From positions 3,552,001 through 3,616,000 of the forward strand of contig OY760937.1 in assembly GCA_963664225.1 (NCBI GenBank): DNA of 64,000 nt, read 5' to 3'. Shown one piece after another: positions 16,934 through 26,286 of the stretch; position 1 is the first letter of the stretch; each line of letters opens with the position of its first letter. The translations under genes and the position numbers were made by a program. Source of the DNA: Verrucomicrobiia bacterium (lineage in GTDB: Bacteria > Verrucomicrobiota > Verrucomicrobiia > Limisphaerales > UBA1319). A model generated the notes under the pieces. It was not told where the DNA came from. It worked only from the letters and a program-made list of their open reading frames with translations, and searched no databases.

Positions 16934-18133
16934 ATGGAGAATCAAGCTAGCATTCTTGATTATGTGATCGGCCTGACCGTTCTTGGGGCTGTGGTCGCCG
17001 GCATCGTCTGGTTGTGCGTCCACGCCGTGCGTCGCAGCTCAGATCCCCTGCGCCTGGTGTTTTACATGGTGGCTTCGCTGGTTGTGATAATCGTATTCAG
17101 CGGTGTCCTTGGCGGTGGCCGCAATCTACTCAGCATGTTTATCTTCCTGTTTGCCCTCTGGGCTTCGTTCATCCCCGCCGCCATTGGCAGCGCTGTTGGC
17201 AGCCTTTACGACGGCCGCAACATTCCCCAGGTGCCCGAGCCGTTCTATTCCACCGCCGAAGGCAGGCGCAACGCCGGCCAGTATCCGGAGGCCATTGAAG
17301 CCATCAGGGCTGAACTGGCCAAATTCCCCACCGACTTCAAAGGCCAGATGTTGCTGGCCGATATTCAGGCCGAAAACCTCAAGGACATCGTGGCTGCGCA
17401 TGAGACACTCCAGAACATGATCGCCCAGCCGGGACATGACTCCAAGAATATCGCCTTCGCCTTGAACCGGCTGGCCGACTGGCATATGAAACTCGACAAG
17501 GATTTGGCGGCGGCAAAACAGGCCATTCAATGGATCATCGACATTGTTCCCGGCACCGAGGCCGCCTACCAGGCCACCCAGCGTCTGGCGCATATGGATC
17601 AACTGGCACCCGGCGCTGAGCGACGGCGCTTTGTGGTGACGGAACAGACCCGATACATCGCATTGGAGGACGGTTTCGATGGCTTGAAACCACTGCCAGA
17701 GGACTATGAAGCCACGGCTGCGAAACTGGTCAAGCGCCTCGAGGAGCAACCCGCGGATAATGAGGCCCGCGAGCTGCTGGCGATCCTCTACGCGAGGCGC
17801 TTCCAACGCATGGATTTGGCCCGCGAGCTCATGGAGCAAATGCTCATTCAGCCCGGCGCTCCCATCAGCCATCGCGTCCACTGGCTCAATCTCCTGGCCG
17901 ATCTCTACATCACCGTCGCCGCAGACCCCGGCGCTGCCCGCGAGGCGCTCCAGCGCATCGTCGAAACCTGCCCCGGCACCGTGGAGGCCGAAAAAGCCAG
18001 CCAGCGTCTCCTGTTCATCGATCGCGACCTTAAGAATCAAAAGGAAGGCGCCACGCTGCAGCTCGGTGATTATGAGCCACATATCGGCCTGAATGATCCA
18101 AAATCCCCTTCCACTGATAAACCGCGTGCTTGA
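16934..18133 (+). CDS. Membrane-anchored TPR-like protein, copy 1
   Basis: About 3 N-terminal TM helices, then helical repeats (YPEAIEAIRAELAKFPTDF, AAREALQRIVETCPGT). Confidence 0.8.
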   Translation: MENQASILDYVIGLTVLGAVVAGIVWLCVHAVRRSSDPLRLVFYMVASLVVIIVFSGVLGGGRNLLSMFIFLFALWASFIPAAIGSAVGSLYDGRNIPQVPEPFYSTAEGRRNAGQYPEAIEAIRAELAKFPTDFKGQMLLADIQAENLKDIVAAHETLQNMIAQPGHDSKNIAFALNRLADWHMKLDKDLAAAKQAIQWIIDIVPGTEAAYQATQRLAHMDQLAPGAERRRFVVTEQTRYIALEDGFDGLKPLPEDYEATAAKLVKRLEEQPADNEARELLAILYARRFQRMDLARELMEQMLIQPGAPISHRVHWLNLLADLYITVAADPGAAREALQRIVETCPGTVEAEKASQRLLFIDRDLKNQKEGATLQLGDYEPHIGLNDPKSPSTDKPRA

Positions 18134-18277
18134 TCCTGGACGATGGGTGTCTGGTCCATGCCTGTACCCAAGGCCGGCGCAATGCCTTTTTTCTGTCCAA
18201 TACGACCGCAAAGGTTTACATTGCATCCGATCCGTCACACGCAATAAACCGTTTGAACCCGCAAACACACTAATTCC

Positions 18278-19498
18278 ATGGAGAATCAGGGCAGTTTTTT
18301 TGATTATGCGAAGGGCCTGGCGATTCTGCTGGCTGGAATGGGAGTCCTGATCTGGCTCATCGTGTATTCTTTGCGGCACAGCGAGGATCCGTTCCGACTG
18401 CTGAGCCGCATGGTGGCGTCCCTGGTCGCGTTACCGATCATCTACATCGGTTACATCTCCGGCATTCCAGGTTTCATCATCATTTGCGCCCTGGTTGCGG
18501 GGATCATTCTGGCCATCATCTGGACGCCCTACATCACCGCCGCCATCGCCACACCCTTCACCAATCTTTACGACGGCGGCAAAGTCGCCGCGGAACCCAA
18601 GCCCTTTTATTCCATCGCCGAGGGCAGACGCAGCACCGGCGAATACCAGGAGGCGATCGCCGCAATACAGGCTGAACTGGCCAATTTCCCGAACGATTTC
18701 CAGGGTCAGATGATGCTGGCCGATATCCAGGCCGAGAACCTTAAGGATGTGGCCGCCGCGCAGGAGACCCTTCAAGCCATGCTCGCCCAGCCCGGACACG
18801 ACTCCAAAAATGTCGCCTTCGCCTTGAACCGCCTGGCCGATTGGCATCTGAAAATTGACAAGGATGCCGAGGCGGCCAGACAGGCCATCGAGTGGATCAT
18901 CCAGATGTTTCCCGGCACCGAAGCGGCTTACCAGGCCTCCCAGCGCCTGGCCCACATGGACAAACTGGTCTCCGGCGAACACGAGGCGCAGCGGTTCGTT
19001 GTGAAGGAGCAGACCAAATATATCGCGTTGGAGGAGGGGTTCGATGGTATGAAACCAGCGCCGGAGGATTTTGAGGCGAGCGCCGCAGCCCTGGTCAAGC
19101 GCCTTGAGGAACAGCCATCCGACAACGAAGCCCGCGAGCAACTCGCCATTCTTTATGCCCGGAAATTCAATCGCATGGACCTGGCCTGCGAATTGATCGA
19201 ACAAATGCTGGCCCAAACCGGCGCGCCCACCCGCCACCGTGTTCGCTGGCTCAACCTCCTGGCCGATCTGCAAATCTCCGTGGCGTCCGATCCCATGGCC
19301 GCCCGCCAGGCTCTCCAGCGCATCATCGAAACCTACCCCGGAACGGTCGAGGCCGAAAAAGCCACCCAACGCCTTCTCTTCATCGATCGGGATCTCAAGA
19401 ATCTCAAGGCCCGCACCACCCTGCGCATCGGTGAATACGAACAAAACATCGGTCTCAAAAATCCCAAATTTCCGCCCACCGATAAACCCGGTGTTTGA
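18278..19498 (+). CDS. Membrane-anchored TPR-like protein, copy 2
   Basis: Colinear paralogue of the genes at 16934 and 19662. Confidence 0.8.
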   Translation: MENQGSFFDYAKGLAILLAGMGVLIWLIVYSLRHSEDPFRLLSRMVASLVALPIIYIGYISGIPGFIIICALVAGIILAIIWTPYITAAIATPFTNLYDGGKVAAEPKPFYSIAEGRRSTGEYQEAIAAIQAELANFPNDFQGQMMLADIQAENLKDVAAAQETLQAMLAQPGHDSKNVAFALNRLADWHLKIDKDAEAARQAIEWIIQMFPGTEAAYQASQRLAHMDKLVSGEHEAQRFVVKEQTKYIALEEGFDGMKPAPEDFEASAAALVKRLEEQPSDNEAREQLAILYARKFNRMDLACELIEQMLAQTGAPTRHRVRWLNLLADLQISVASDPMAARQALQRIIETYPGTVEAEKATQRLLFIDRDLKNLKARTTLRIGEYEQNIGLKNPKFPPTDKPGV

Positions 19499-19661
19499 TT
19501 CTTGAGAATGCGTGTCCGCCGCAGCCGCCTGGTCAGTTGTAGTCCGGGTGCCCTCACCCGGCGCAATGCCTTTTTTCTGTCCAACACGGATGCAAAGGTC
19601 TATATTGAAGCACATCAGTCACGCGCATTAAACCCGTTGAACCCGCGAACACCCAAATTCT

Positions 19662-20882
19662 ATGGAGAATCAAGGCAGCTTTTTACAGCACGTGATTGGC
19701 CCGGCCATTCTGGTGGCGGGCATCGGAGTGATCATCTGGCTCATGGTGCGTTCTGTGAGGCGGAGCGACGAACCGATGCGCCTGATGACCCGGCTGGTGA
19801 TTTCGCTCATTTTGATTCCCATTCTCATTTTTGGTTATCATTTGACCAATCCGATCTTCTTTTTTCTATTCATGCTCGTTGGAGGGCTTATCGTGGCCAT
19901 CATCTGGACTCCGAGCATCACCGCCGCCATCGCCAGACCCTTTAGTAATCTCTATGGCGGGGGTGATTTCTCCTCCGACCCGGTGCCGTTCTATTCCATC
20001 GCCGAGGCCAAGCGCAAAACCGGCAGATACCTGGAGGCCATCGCCGCGTTGCGGGGCGAATTGGCCAGATTCCCAACCGATTTCAAAGGCCAGATGTTGC
20101 TGGCCGATATCCAGGCCGAGAACCTTAAAGAGGTTGGCGCGGCGCAGGAAACCCTTGAGCTCATGCTGGCCCAACCCGGGCACGACTCCAAGAATATCGC
20201 CTATGCCCTGAACCGACTCGCGGACTGGCACCTGAAGCTCGACAAGGATGTCGAGGCGGCCAAACAGGCCATCCAGTGGATCATCCTCAAGTTTCCCGGC
20301 ACCGAAGCGGCTTATCAGGCAAGCCAGCGCCTGGCCCACATGGACCAATTGGTCTCGGGAGGTGGCGAGGCGCGGCGATTCGTAGTGACCGAACAGGCCA
20401 AATACATTGCCTTGGAGGAGGGTTTCGAAGGATTAAAATCCAAGCCGGAGGACTTTGAAGTCACAGCCGCAAACCTGGTCAGGCGTCTTGAGGAACAGCC
20501 CTCCGACAATGAAGTCCGCGAACAGCTCGCCATTCTATACGCCCGGCATTTCAACCGCATGGACCTGGCCTGCGAACTCATCGAACAGATGCTCTCGCAA
20601 ACCGGCGCCCCCACCCGGCATCGCGTCCACTGGCTCAATCTCCTTGCCGATCTGCACATCTCCGTGGCCGCCGATCCTTTTTCCGCACGCAAGGCCCTCC
20701 AGCGCATCATCGACAACTCCCCCGGCACCGTGGAGGCCGAAAAAGCCGCCAAACGCCTTCTGTTCATCGATCGGGATATGAAGAACCTGAAGGAAGGCAC
20801 CACCTTCACCATGGGCGAATACGAGCAAAACATCGGACTCAAGAATCCGAAATACCCCTCCAGCGGCAAATCCCACGATTGA
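19662..20882 (+). CDS. Membrane-anchored TPR-like protein, copy 3
   Basis: Colinear paralogue with the same MENQ start. Confidence 0.8.
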   Translation: MENQGSFLQHVIGPAILVAGIGVIIWLMVRSVRRSDEPMRLMTRLVISLILIPILIFGYHLTNPIFFFLFMLVGGLIVAIIWTPSITAAIARPFSNLYGGGDFSSDPVPFYSIAEAKRKTGRYLEAIAALRGELARFPTDFKGQMLLADIQAENLKEVGAAQETLELMLAQPGHDSKNIAYALNRLADWHLKLDKDVEAAKQAIQWIILKFPGTEAAYQASQRLAHMDQLVSGGGEARRFVVTEQAKYIALEEGFEGLKSKPEDFEVTAANLVRRLEEQPSDNEVREQLAILYARHFNRMDLACELIEQMLSQTGAPTRHRVHWLNLLADLHISVAADPFSARKALQRIIDNSPGTVEAEKAAKRLLFIDRDMKNLKEGTTFTMGEYEQNIGLKNPKYPSSGKSHD

Positions 20883-21300
20883 TCCCAGGTGGACGCGTGG
20901 CCTGGCGCGCTCGCCACGACTTGCCGGGTTTCCAACCTTGCAGGTTTGAATTTGCCACTTGTTTGTTGGTTCGCCTTGAACAAGAAAGAAGTGGTGTCCC
21001 TTCCCATTTTGTCTTCGTATCTTCGGTTACGGGACACCCACAATATTGCACTTTGTGTTTCAGTCTTGTTCGTGGAGCCGATGCCGATGATTCCGTAATA
21101 AAAGTCTAAAGTTAGTGTGCTTCCCTTCCGTCGGGTCGCCACCGCCAGATCGCCAGAATCGCACGTCCGCACAGACTGCGGTCCGGGCGCCCCCACCCGG
21201 CTTCAGGCTGCTCAACGCTCTTGCATTAAACAAATTGCATGTTGGTTTTGGATCGCTATAAGATTGGTGCCTGGCAGCGGTGAAACCATCGGAGGAACCT

Positions 21301-21513
21301 ATGAGCATGTGGCAAAATCTGAAAAGCGCAACCAAGTCGTCCAACGATCGTTGGATCGGAGGCGTTTGCGGTGGATTGGGCGCGGCAACCCCGATCCCGT
21401 CCTGGATGTGGCGCGTTGCCTTTCTCTTCTCCCTGCTGGCCTTCGGCGTCGGCTTGTTACTCTACCTGGTTTTGTGGATCTGCATGCCCAAGGATAAAAC
21501 AATGGCCATTTAG
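21301..21513 (+). CDS. pspC: PspC-domain protein
   Basis: DRWIGGVCGGLG...YLVLWICMP; GGAGG RBS upstream. Confidence 0.88.
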   Translation: MSMWQNLKSATKSSNDRWIGGVCGGLGAATPIPSWMWRVAFLFSLLAFGVGLLLYLVLWICMPKDKTMAI

Positions 21514-21874
21514 TATTCGGCGCCGACCCGAAGTTTGGTTCATGGCTGGTTTCGAAAGCCGCCATTCCACCAAACCACATTGAATTCGTTTTCCTGAAAC
21601 CCGGTTTGTTTTCAATGCCGTAAAGTCTCTCCCCTTCTTTCCGCGGAATCCCCGCCACGACCAGTTTCGGACGCGATGACGCAATTGCCGAAGGTTAATG
21701 TCCTGCACACTTGGGCCCCGGCGGTCCTCCATGCGGCATTGACGGCGCACGGGCGGTAAGCCAGAGTACCCAATAGGCCTTAACCGCCGGACGTTCAGTT
21801 ATTTTGAACAACGTGCTGGAATTGTCTGGAGCCAGCAAACAATACGTTTCGGAACAAAGGCTTGGAAGGGTGCG

Positions 21875-24454
21875 ATGGCAAAACTAATCGGAAACGGAAA
21901 TCTGACGACATTCACCCGGGTGGTCATCCTGATCGCCTTTTACTTCATTGGCGGGCTGCTCGGGAAGTCGGCGTCGTTTCTTTCCGGCAGCATGGTGCTG
22001 GTCTGGCCGCCGGCGGGCATCGCCCTGGCGGCAATCCTGTTGTTTGGTTACCGGTTTTGGCCGGGAGTGGCGGTGGGCGCGGTCCTGTTTTCATTCATGA
22101 ACGGAACGCCGTTGGGCTTCTTCACCCTGGGAACGGCAATCGGCAACACCATGGGCGCCATCGTCTGCGCCTATCTGCTCAAAGGGTTGATCGCGTTTGA
22201 CAATGCGATGGAGCGCACACGCGACGTGACCGGGTATATCGGGCTGGCGTGTTTTATCGGCACCACCGTCAATGCCGCGTTCAATGTCCTGAGCCTTGCG
22301 TATGCCGGCACGGTGTCTTGGGACGATTTGTTTCCCACCACCCTGGCCTGGTGGGTGCCGAACGCCCTGGCGGCATTGGTCATCGCGCCGTTCATCCTCG
22401 CCTGGGCCACGACGTCCACCATCCGCTGGACTTCCAGGCTGATGCTCGAAGCGGCCATTTGCACCTTGGGCCTGGTGTGCGGGACTTTGATTTCCTTCAA
22501 TTCCTGGTTTGTCTATGGAATTCAAAACTATCCACTGGCCTACCTGCCTTTTCCATTCCTCGTCTGGGGCGCCTTGCGGTTTGGCCAGCGGGGGGCCACC
22601 ACCGGAACGCTGGTGGTTTCCGCCCTCGCCATCTATGCACTGCATAATGGGACGGGTCCATTCATGGCCGGCACGGAACGGGACAGCCTGATGATCATGG
22701 GCAGCTACATCGGCATGCTGGCCGTGACCAACCTGTTGCTCGCGGCTGCGGCGGCCGAGCGCCGGCTTGCGGAGCGGGCGGTTTCAGAAAGCGAAAAACG
22801 TTTCCGCGCGGTGGTGGAGGACCAAACGGATTTGATTTGCCGCTTCAAACCGGATGGCACGCTCACACTGGTCAATCCCGCTTTCTGCCGCTTCCATGGC
22901 AAAAAGAGCGAAGAGCTGATCGCCACGAACTTCTTCCAGACCCTTTCCGAAGAGGATGCCGCCATACCTCTGAGCTACATCAACTCGCTGCCCCGGGAAG
23001 AGCCCATGGTTTCGTTCGACCATCGCCTGCACGGTTCGGATGGCCTGGAGGTGTGGCACCAATACAGAATCCGCCGGCTTTTTTCAGAGAAGGGCGAGAC
23101 CCTCGAATTTCAAGCGGTGATCCAGGACGTCACGCAGGCCAAAAACGCCGAAAAGGCATTGCGGGCGAGCGAGGAAAAGTTTCACTCGCTCATCGACAAC
23201 ATCCCGGATGTGGTCTGGACCGCCACAGAAAATCGCGATCTCATTTACATCAGTGACAACGTCGTCAAGCTGCTCGGATACAATTCAGTGGAACTCCAGG
23301 AGGCGGGGCGGCAGCTCTGGCTGGATTGCATCCATCCTGAAGAACGCGCGCATGTCGCCCAGGCCTACCAGGAACTCTTCGATAAAGGCGAGAAGTTCGA
23401 CGTGGAATACCGCTTCCGCCACAAGGACGGTCAGTGGGTCTGGCTCCATGATCGGTCTCAGACCGCGCGACTGCATGACGGGATTCTGTGTGCCGACGGC
23501 ATTTTTCTGGACATCACACGCCGACGGCAGGCGGAGGCAGCCGTACACCAGGCCAGGGATGCCGCCGAATCGGCCAACCGGGCCAAGACGCATTTCCTGG
23601 CCAACATGAGCCACGAACTGCGCACGCCGCTCAATGCCATCATCGGTTTTTCAGAAATTCTCGCCGACAAGACTTTCGGGGATCTGAACGACCGGCAGCT
23701 CAAATACAGCAATAACATTCTCAATAGCGGACGCCATTTGCTCCAGCTCATCAACGATATCCTGGATCTGTCCAAGGTGGAGGCCGGGCGTGTCGAACTG
23801 GTGCGGGACAAGTTCGACGTGGCCAAATCGTTGCGGGACGTGGAATCGATTGTCAAAACTCTGGCCCAAAAAAAGAACATCCATCTGGGTTTCGAGGTTC
23901 CACCCGACCTTCCACACCAGTTTGCGGACGAGGCGAAATTCAAGCAGATCATGTACAACCTGCTCAGCAACGCCATCAAGTTCACGCCGGACGGCGGAAG
24001 AGTGACGGTGGCCGCCGCCCTTGAGGGCGAAGCCGCCTCCCGGGGAACAACAGGCTCCTCAAACGGGGTCACCGGCGAATGCCTGAAGGTCGCTGTTTCG
24101 GACACCGGTATCGGAATTCAACCGCGCGACCATCAGCGAGTTTTCGTGGAATTCGAGCAGGTGGACTCGTCCTACGGACGCAAGCAGCAGGGCACCGGTC
24201 TGGGCCTGGCCCTGACCAAACGCCTGGTCGAATTGCATGGCGGGCAAATCCGGGTGGAGAGCGACGGCATTGAAGGCAAGGGAAGCACCTTTACGTTCGT
24301 GATTCCAACCACCGCAATCGGGGACGAGCGGCAAAGCCTGGCCGCCCATGTGCAGGCGGTGACTTCGAATACGGAGCAGCAAACGCTGTTCGCCGGGCTG
24401 GAACACTTGGAGAAAACAAAGGACAACACGCATCGACCCGGAGGCAAGCCATGA
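21875..24454 (+). CDS. MASE1-PAS-PAS sensor histidine kinase
   Basis: VWPPAGIALA (MASE1), two PAS/PAC domains, MSHELRTPLN, and N/G1/F/G2 boxes. Confidence 0.93.
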   Translation: MAKLIGNGNLTTFTRVVILIAFYFIGGLLGKSASFLSGSMVLVWPPAGIALAAILLFGYRFWPGVAVGAVLFSFMNGTPLGFFTLGTAIGNTMGAIVCAYLLKGLIAFDNAMERTRDVTGYIGLACFIGTTVNAAFNVLSLAYAGTVSWDDLFPTTLAWWVPNALAALVIAPFILAWATTSTIRWTSRLMLEAAICTLGLVCGTLISFNSWFVYGIQNYPLAYLPFPFLVWGALRFGQRGATTGTLVVSALAIYALHNGTGPFMAGTERDSLMIMGSYIGMLAVTNLLLAAAAAERRLAERAVSESEKRFRAVVEDQTDLICRFKPDGTLTLVNPAFCRFHGKKSEELIATNFFQTLSEEDAAIPLSYINSLPREEPMVSFDHRLHGSDGLEVWHQYRIRRLFSEKGETLEFQAVIQDVTQAKNAEKALRASEEKFHSLIDNIPDVVWTATENRDLIYISDNVVKLLGYNSVELQEAGRQLWLDCIHPEERAHVAQAYQELFDKGEKFDVEYRFRHKDGQWVWLHDRSQTARLHDGILCADGIFLDITRRRQAEAAVHQARDAAESANRAKTHFLANMSHELRTPLNAIIGFSEILADKTFGDLNDRQLKYSNNILNSGRHLLQLINDILDLSKVEAGRVELVRDKFDVAKSLRDVESIVKTLAQKKNIHLGFEVPPDLPHQFADEAKFKQIMYNLLSNAIKFTPDGGRVTVAAALEGEAASRGTTGSSNGVTGECLKVAVSDTGIGIQPRDHQRVFVEFEQVDSSYGRKQQGTGLGLALTKRLVELHGGQIRVESDGIEGKGSTFTFVIPTTAIGDERQSLAAHVQAVTSNTEQQTLFAGLEHLEKTKDNTHRPGGKP

Positions 24455-24846
24455 ACGCCCGCCGTGTGCTCATCATTGAGGATAACCTTTTGAATCTGGA
24501 ACTGGTCGCCGATCTGCTCGAAGCCGGAGGCTTCAAGGTCTGGTCGGCGGCCACGGCCCAGGAGGGGCTGCGCATGGCGCGCGAACTTCTGCCGGATCTG
24601 GTGCTAATGGATTTCGGTTTGCCGGATACGGACGGCTTGTCCGCCACGCGAAGCCTTAAAGCCGATCCAGCCACGCGCCACCTGATTGTGGTGGGCCTGA
24701 CCGCCCACGCGATGAAGGGCGATGAGGCCACAGCGCTCGAAGCCGGCTGCGACGGTTATCTGACCAAACCCATCAACACCCGGACCTTCGTCGATACGAT
24801 CGCCAAATTCATTCCGGGGGCAAATTCGCGCCAAAACAACCCGTAA
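24451..24846 (+). CDS. Single-domain response regulator (DivK-like)
   Basis: IIEDN, LMD, TAHAMKGD, GCDGYLTKP. Confidence 0.9.
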   Translation: MNARRVLIIEDNLLNLELVADLLEAGGFKVWSAATAQEGLRMARELLPDLVLMDFGLPDTDGLSATRSLKADPATRHLIVVGLTAHAMKGDEATALEAGCDGYLTKPINTRTFVDTIAKFIPGANSRQNNP

Positions 24847-24860
24847 TCCCTGGAACATGT

Positions 24861-25955
24861 ATGCAAAGCGAAACTCAAAACACCAAATTGACCGCCAAAC
24901 CGGGGCCGCCTTCCAAGGGATCTGTCCTGGTGGTGGATGACGAAGAGCAAAACCGGGGGCTTCTGCGCGATCTTTTGGAGGCCCACGGCTTCGAAGTGGC
25001 GGAGGCGGAAAACGGAACCATGGCGCTGGAGAAAGTGGCGCAAAATAGGCCCGACGTCATCCTCCTTGACCTGATGATGCCCGAAATGGACGGCTTCGAA
25101 GTCTGCCGCCGGTTAAAAGGCGCCGGGAAGACGGCCCACGTCCCCATCCTCATGGTGACGGCATTGTCTGAACGCAAGGAACGGATGATGGGCATTGCCG
25201 CAGGCGCGAACGACTTCCTTACCAAGCCGATCGATATTCAAGACGTGATCCTACGGGTTCGAAACGCGGTTTACACCACCCAGCTTCATACCCAGCTCCA
25301 GGCCGAGCAGGAAAAATCCGAACGGCTGCTGCTGAACGTCCTTCCCAAACCCATCGCCGAACGGATGAAGAACGGCGAACTCAACATCGCCGATTACATT
25401 CCGGACGCCACCGTGCTCGTGGCCGATCTGGTCGGTTTCAACGCGCTCCTGAAGCATGTTGATCCGGAACAGGTCGTCTTCCTGTTAAACGAGATTTTCT
25501 CCACCTTCGATCAATTAACGGAAAAATTCGGCGTGGAAAAAATCAAAACCAACGGCGGCCTCTACATGGTGGCCGGAGGGGTCCCCTCGCCACTGCCGAA
25601 CAATGCCGAGGCCATTGCCGAATTGGCCCTCAAAATGCAGGAGGAAATCGGGCAGTTCAACCGCCAGTACAACACCTCCTTCCTGGTGCGCATCGGGATC
25701 AGCTCCGGATCGCTCATCGCCGGGGTGATTGGCCGCAAAAAGTTCGTTTACGATCTCTGGGGTGAAACCGTCAATCTCGCCTATCGACTGGCCACTGCGG
25801 GTGAAGCCGGAAAAATCCAAATCGGCGAAATGACCTACGAACGGCTGAAAGACAAATACCACTTCAAAAAGATGCCCCGCATTGACGTCCAGGAAGACAC
25901 CAACCTGTCCGCCTACTGGATGGACAAACCGGCATGGCGCTTCGCCCCGAGTTGA
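24861..25955 (+). CDS. REC + class III adenylate/guanylate cyclase domain protein
   Basis: REC domain, SERLLLNVLP, ADLVGF, VEKIKT, YDLWGETVNLAYRL. Confidence 0.9.
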   Translation: MQSETQNTKLTAKPGPPSKGSVLVVDDEEQNRGLLRDLLEAHGFEVAEAENGTMALEKVAQNRPDVILLDLMMPEMDGFEVCRRLKGAGKTAHVPILMVTALSERKERMMGIAAGANDFLTKPIDIQDVILRVRNAVYTTQLHTQLQAEQEKSERLLLNVLPKPIAERMKNGELNIADYIPDATVLVADLVGFNALLKHVDPEQVVFLLNEIFSTFDQLTEKFGVEKIKTNGGLYMVAGGVPSPLPNNAEAIAELALKMQEEIGQFNRQYNTSFLVRIGISSGSLIAGVIGRKKFVYDLWGETVNLAYRLATAGEAGKIQIGEMTYERLKDKYHFKKMPRIDVQEDTNLSAYWMDKPAWRFAPS

Positions 25956-26154
25956 ATTCCGGTGGAAAAGCCGGGGGAATCCTTCTCGCAGCCGAGGCGA
26001 AGAACAAACTCATAGAATTATACAAAACGAATCCAGAAGCAGCGGACTTTCGTAAATGGGAGGTCGAGCTACGACATCAGTTCATCGGCAAGGATGGAAG
26101 CGGGATTACCACGGTGGCGGATGTCGCAAAAGACCTGTGATCGAACAAAAAACT

Positions 26155-26188
26155 CCCTCACCCTTTCCCTCTGTCGGGGGCGAGGGGA
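26155..26188. repeat. REP-like palindrome
   Basis: Imperfect hairpin CCCTCACCC..CCCTCTGTCGGGGGCGAGGGG. Confidence 0.45.
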
Positions 26189-26286
26189 TATCCTTTCCCG
26201 CGCGGGGGCAATGCGAAACCGCAGCATTCATGAACGCCCCGCGGATTTATCGGTCTTCTCACTTTTGCAGAAGAATTTTGTCTTAC

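Noticed and set aside
25960..26140. Protein-like fragment KNKLIELYKTNPEAADFRKWEVELRHQF
   Set aside because: Possibly a gene remnant, but there is no convincing start or recognisable family.
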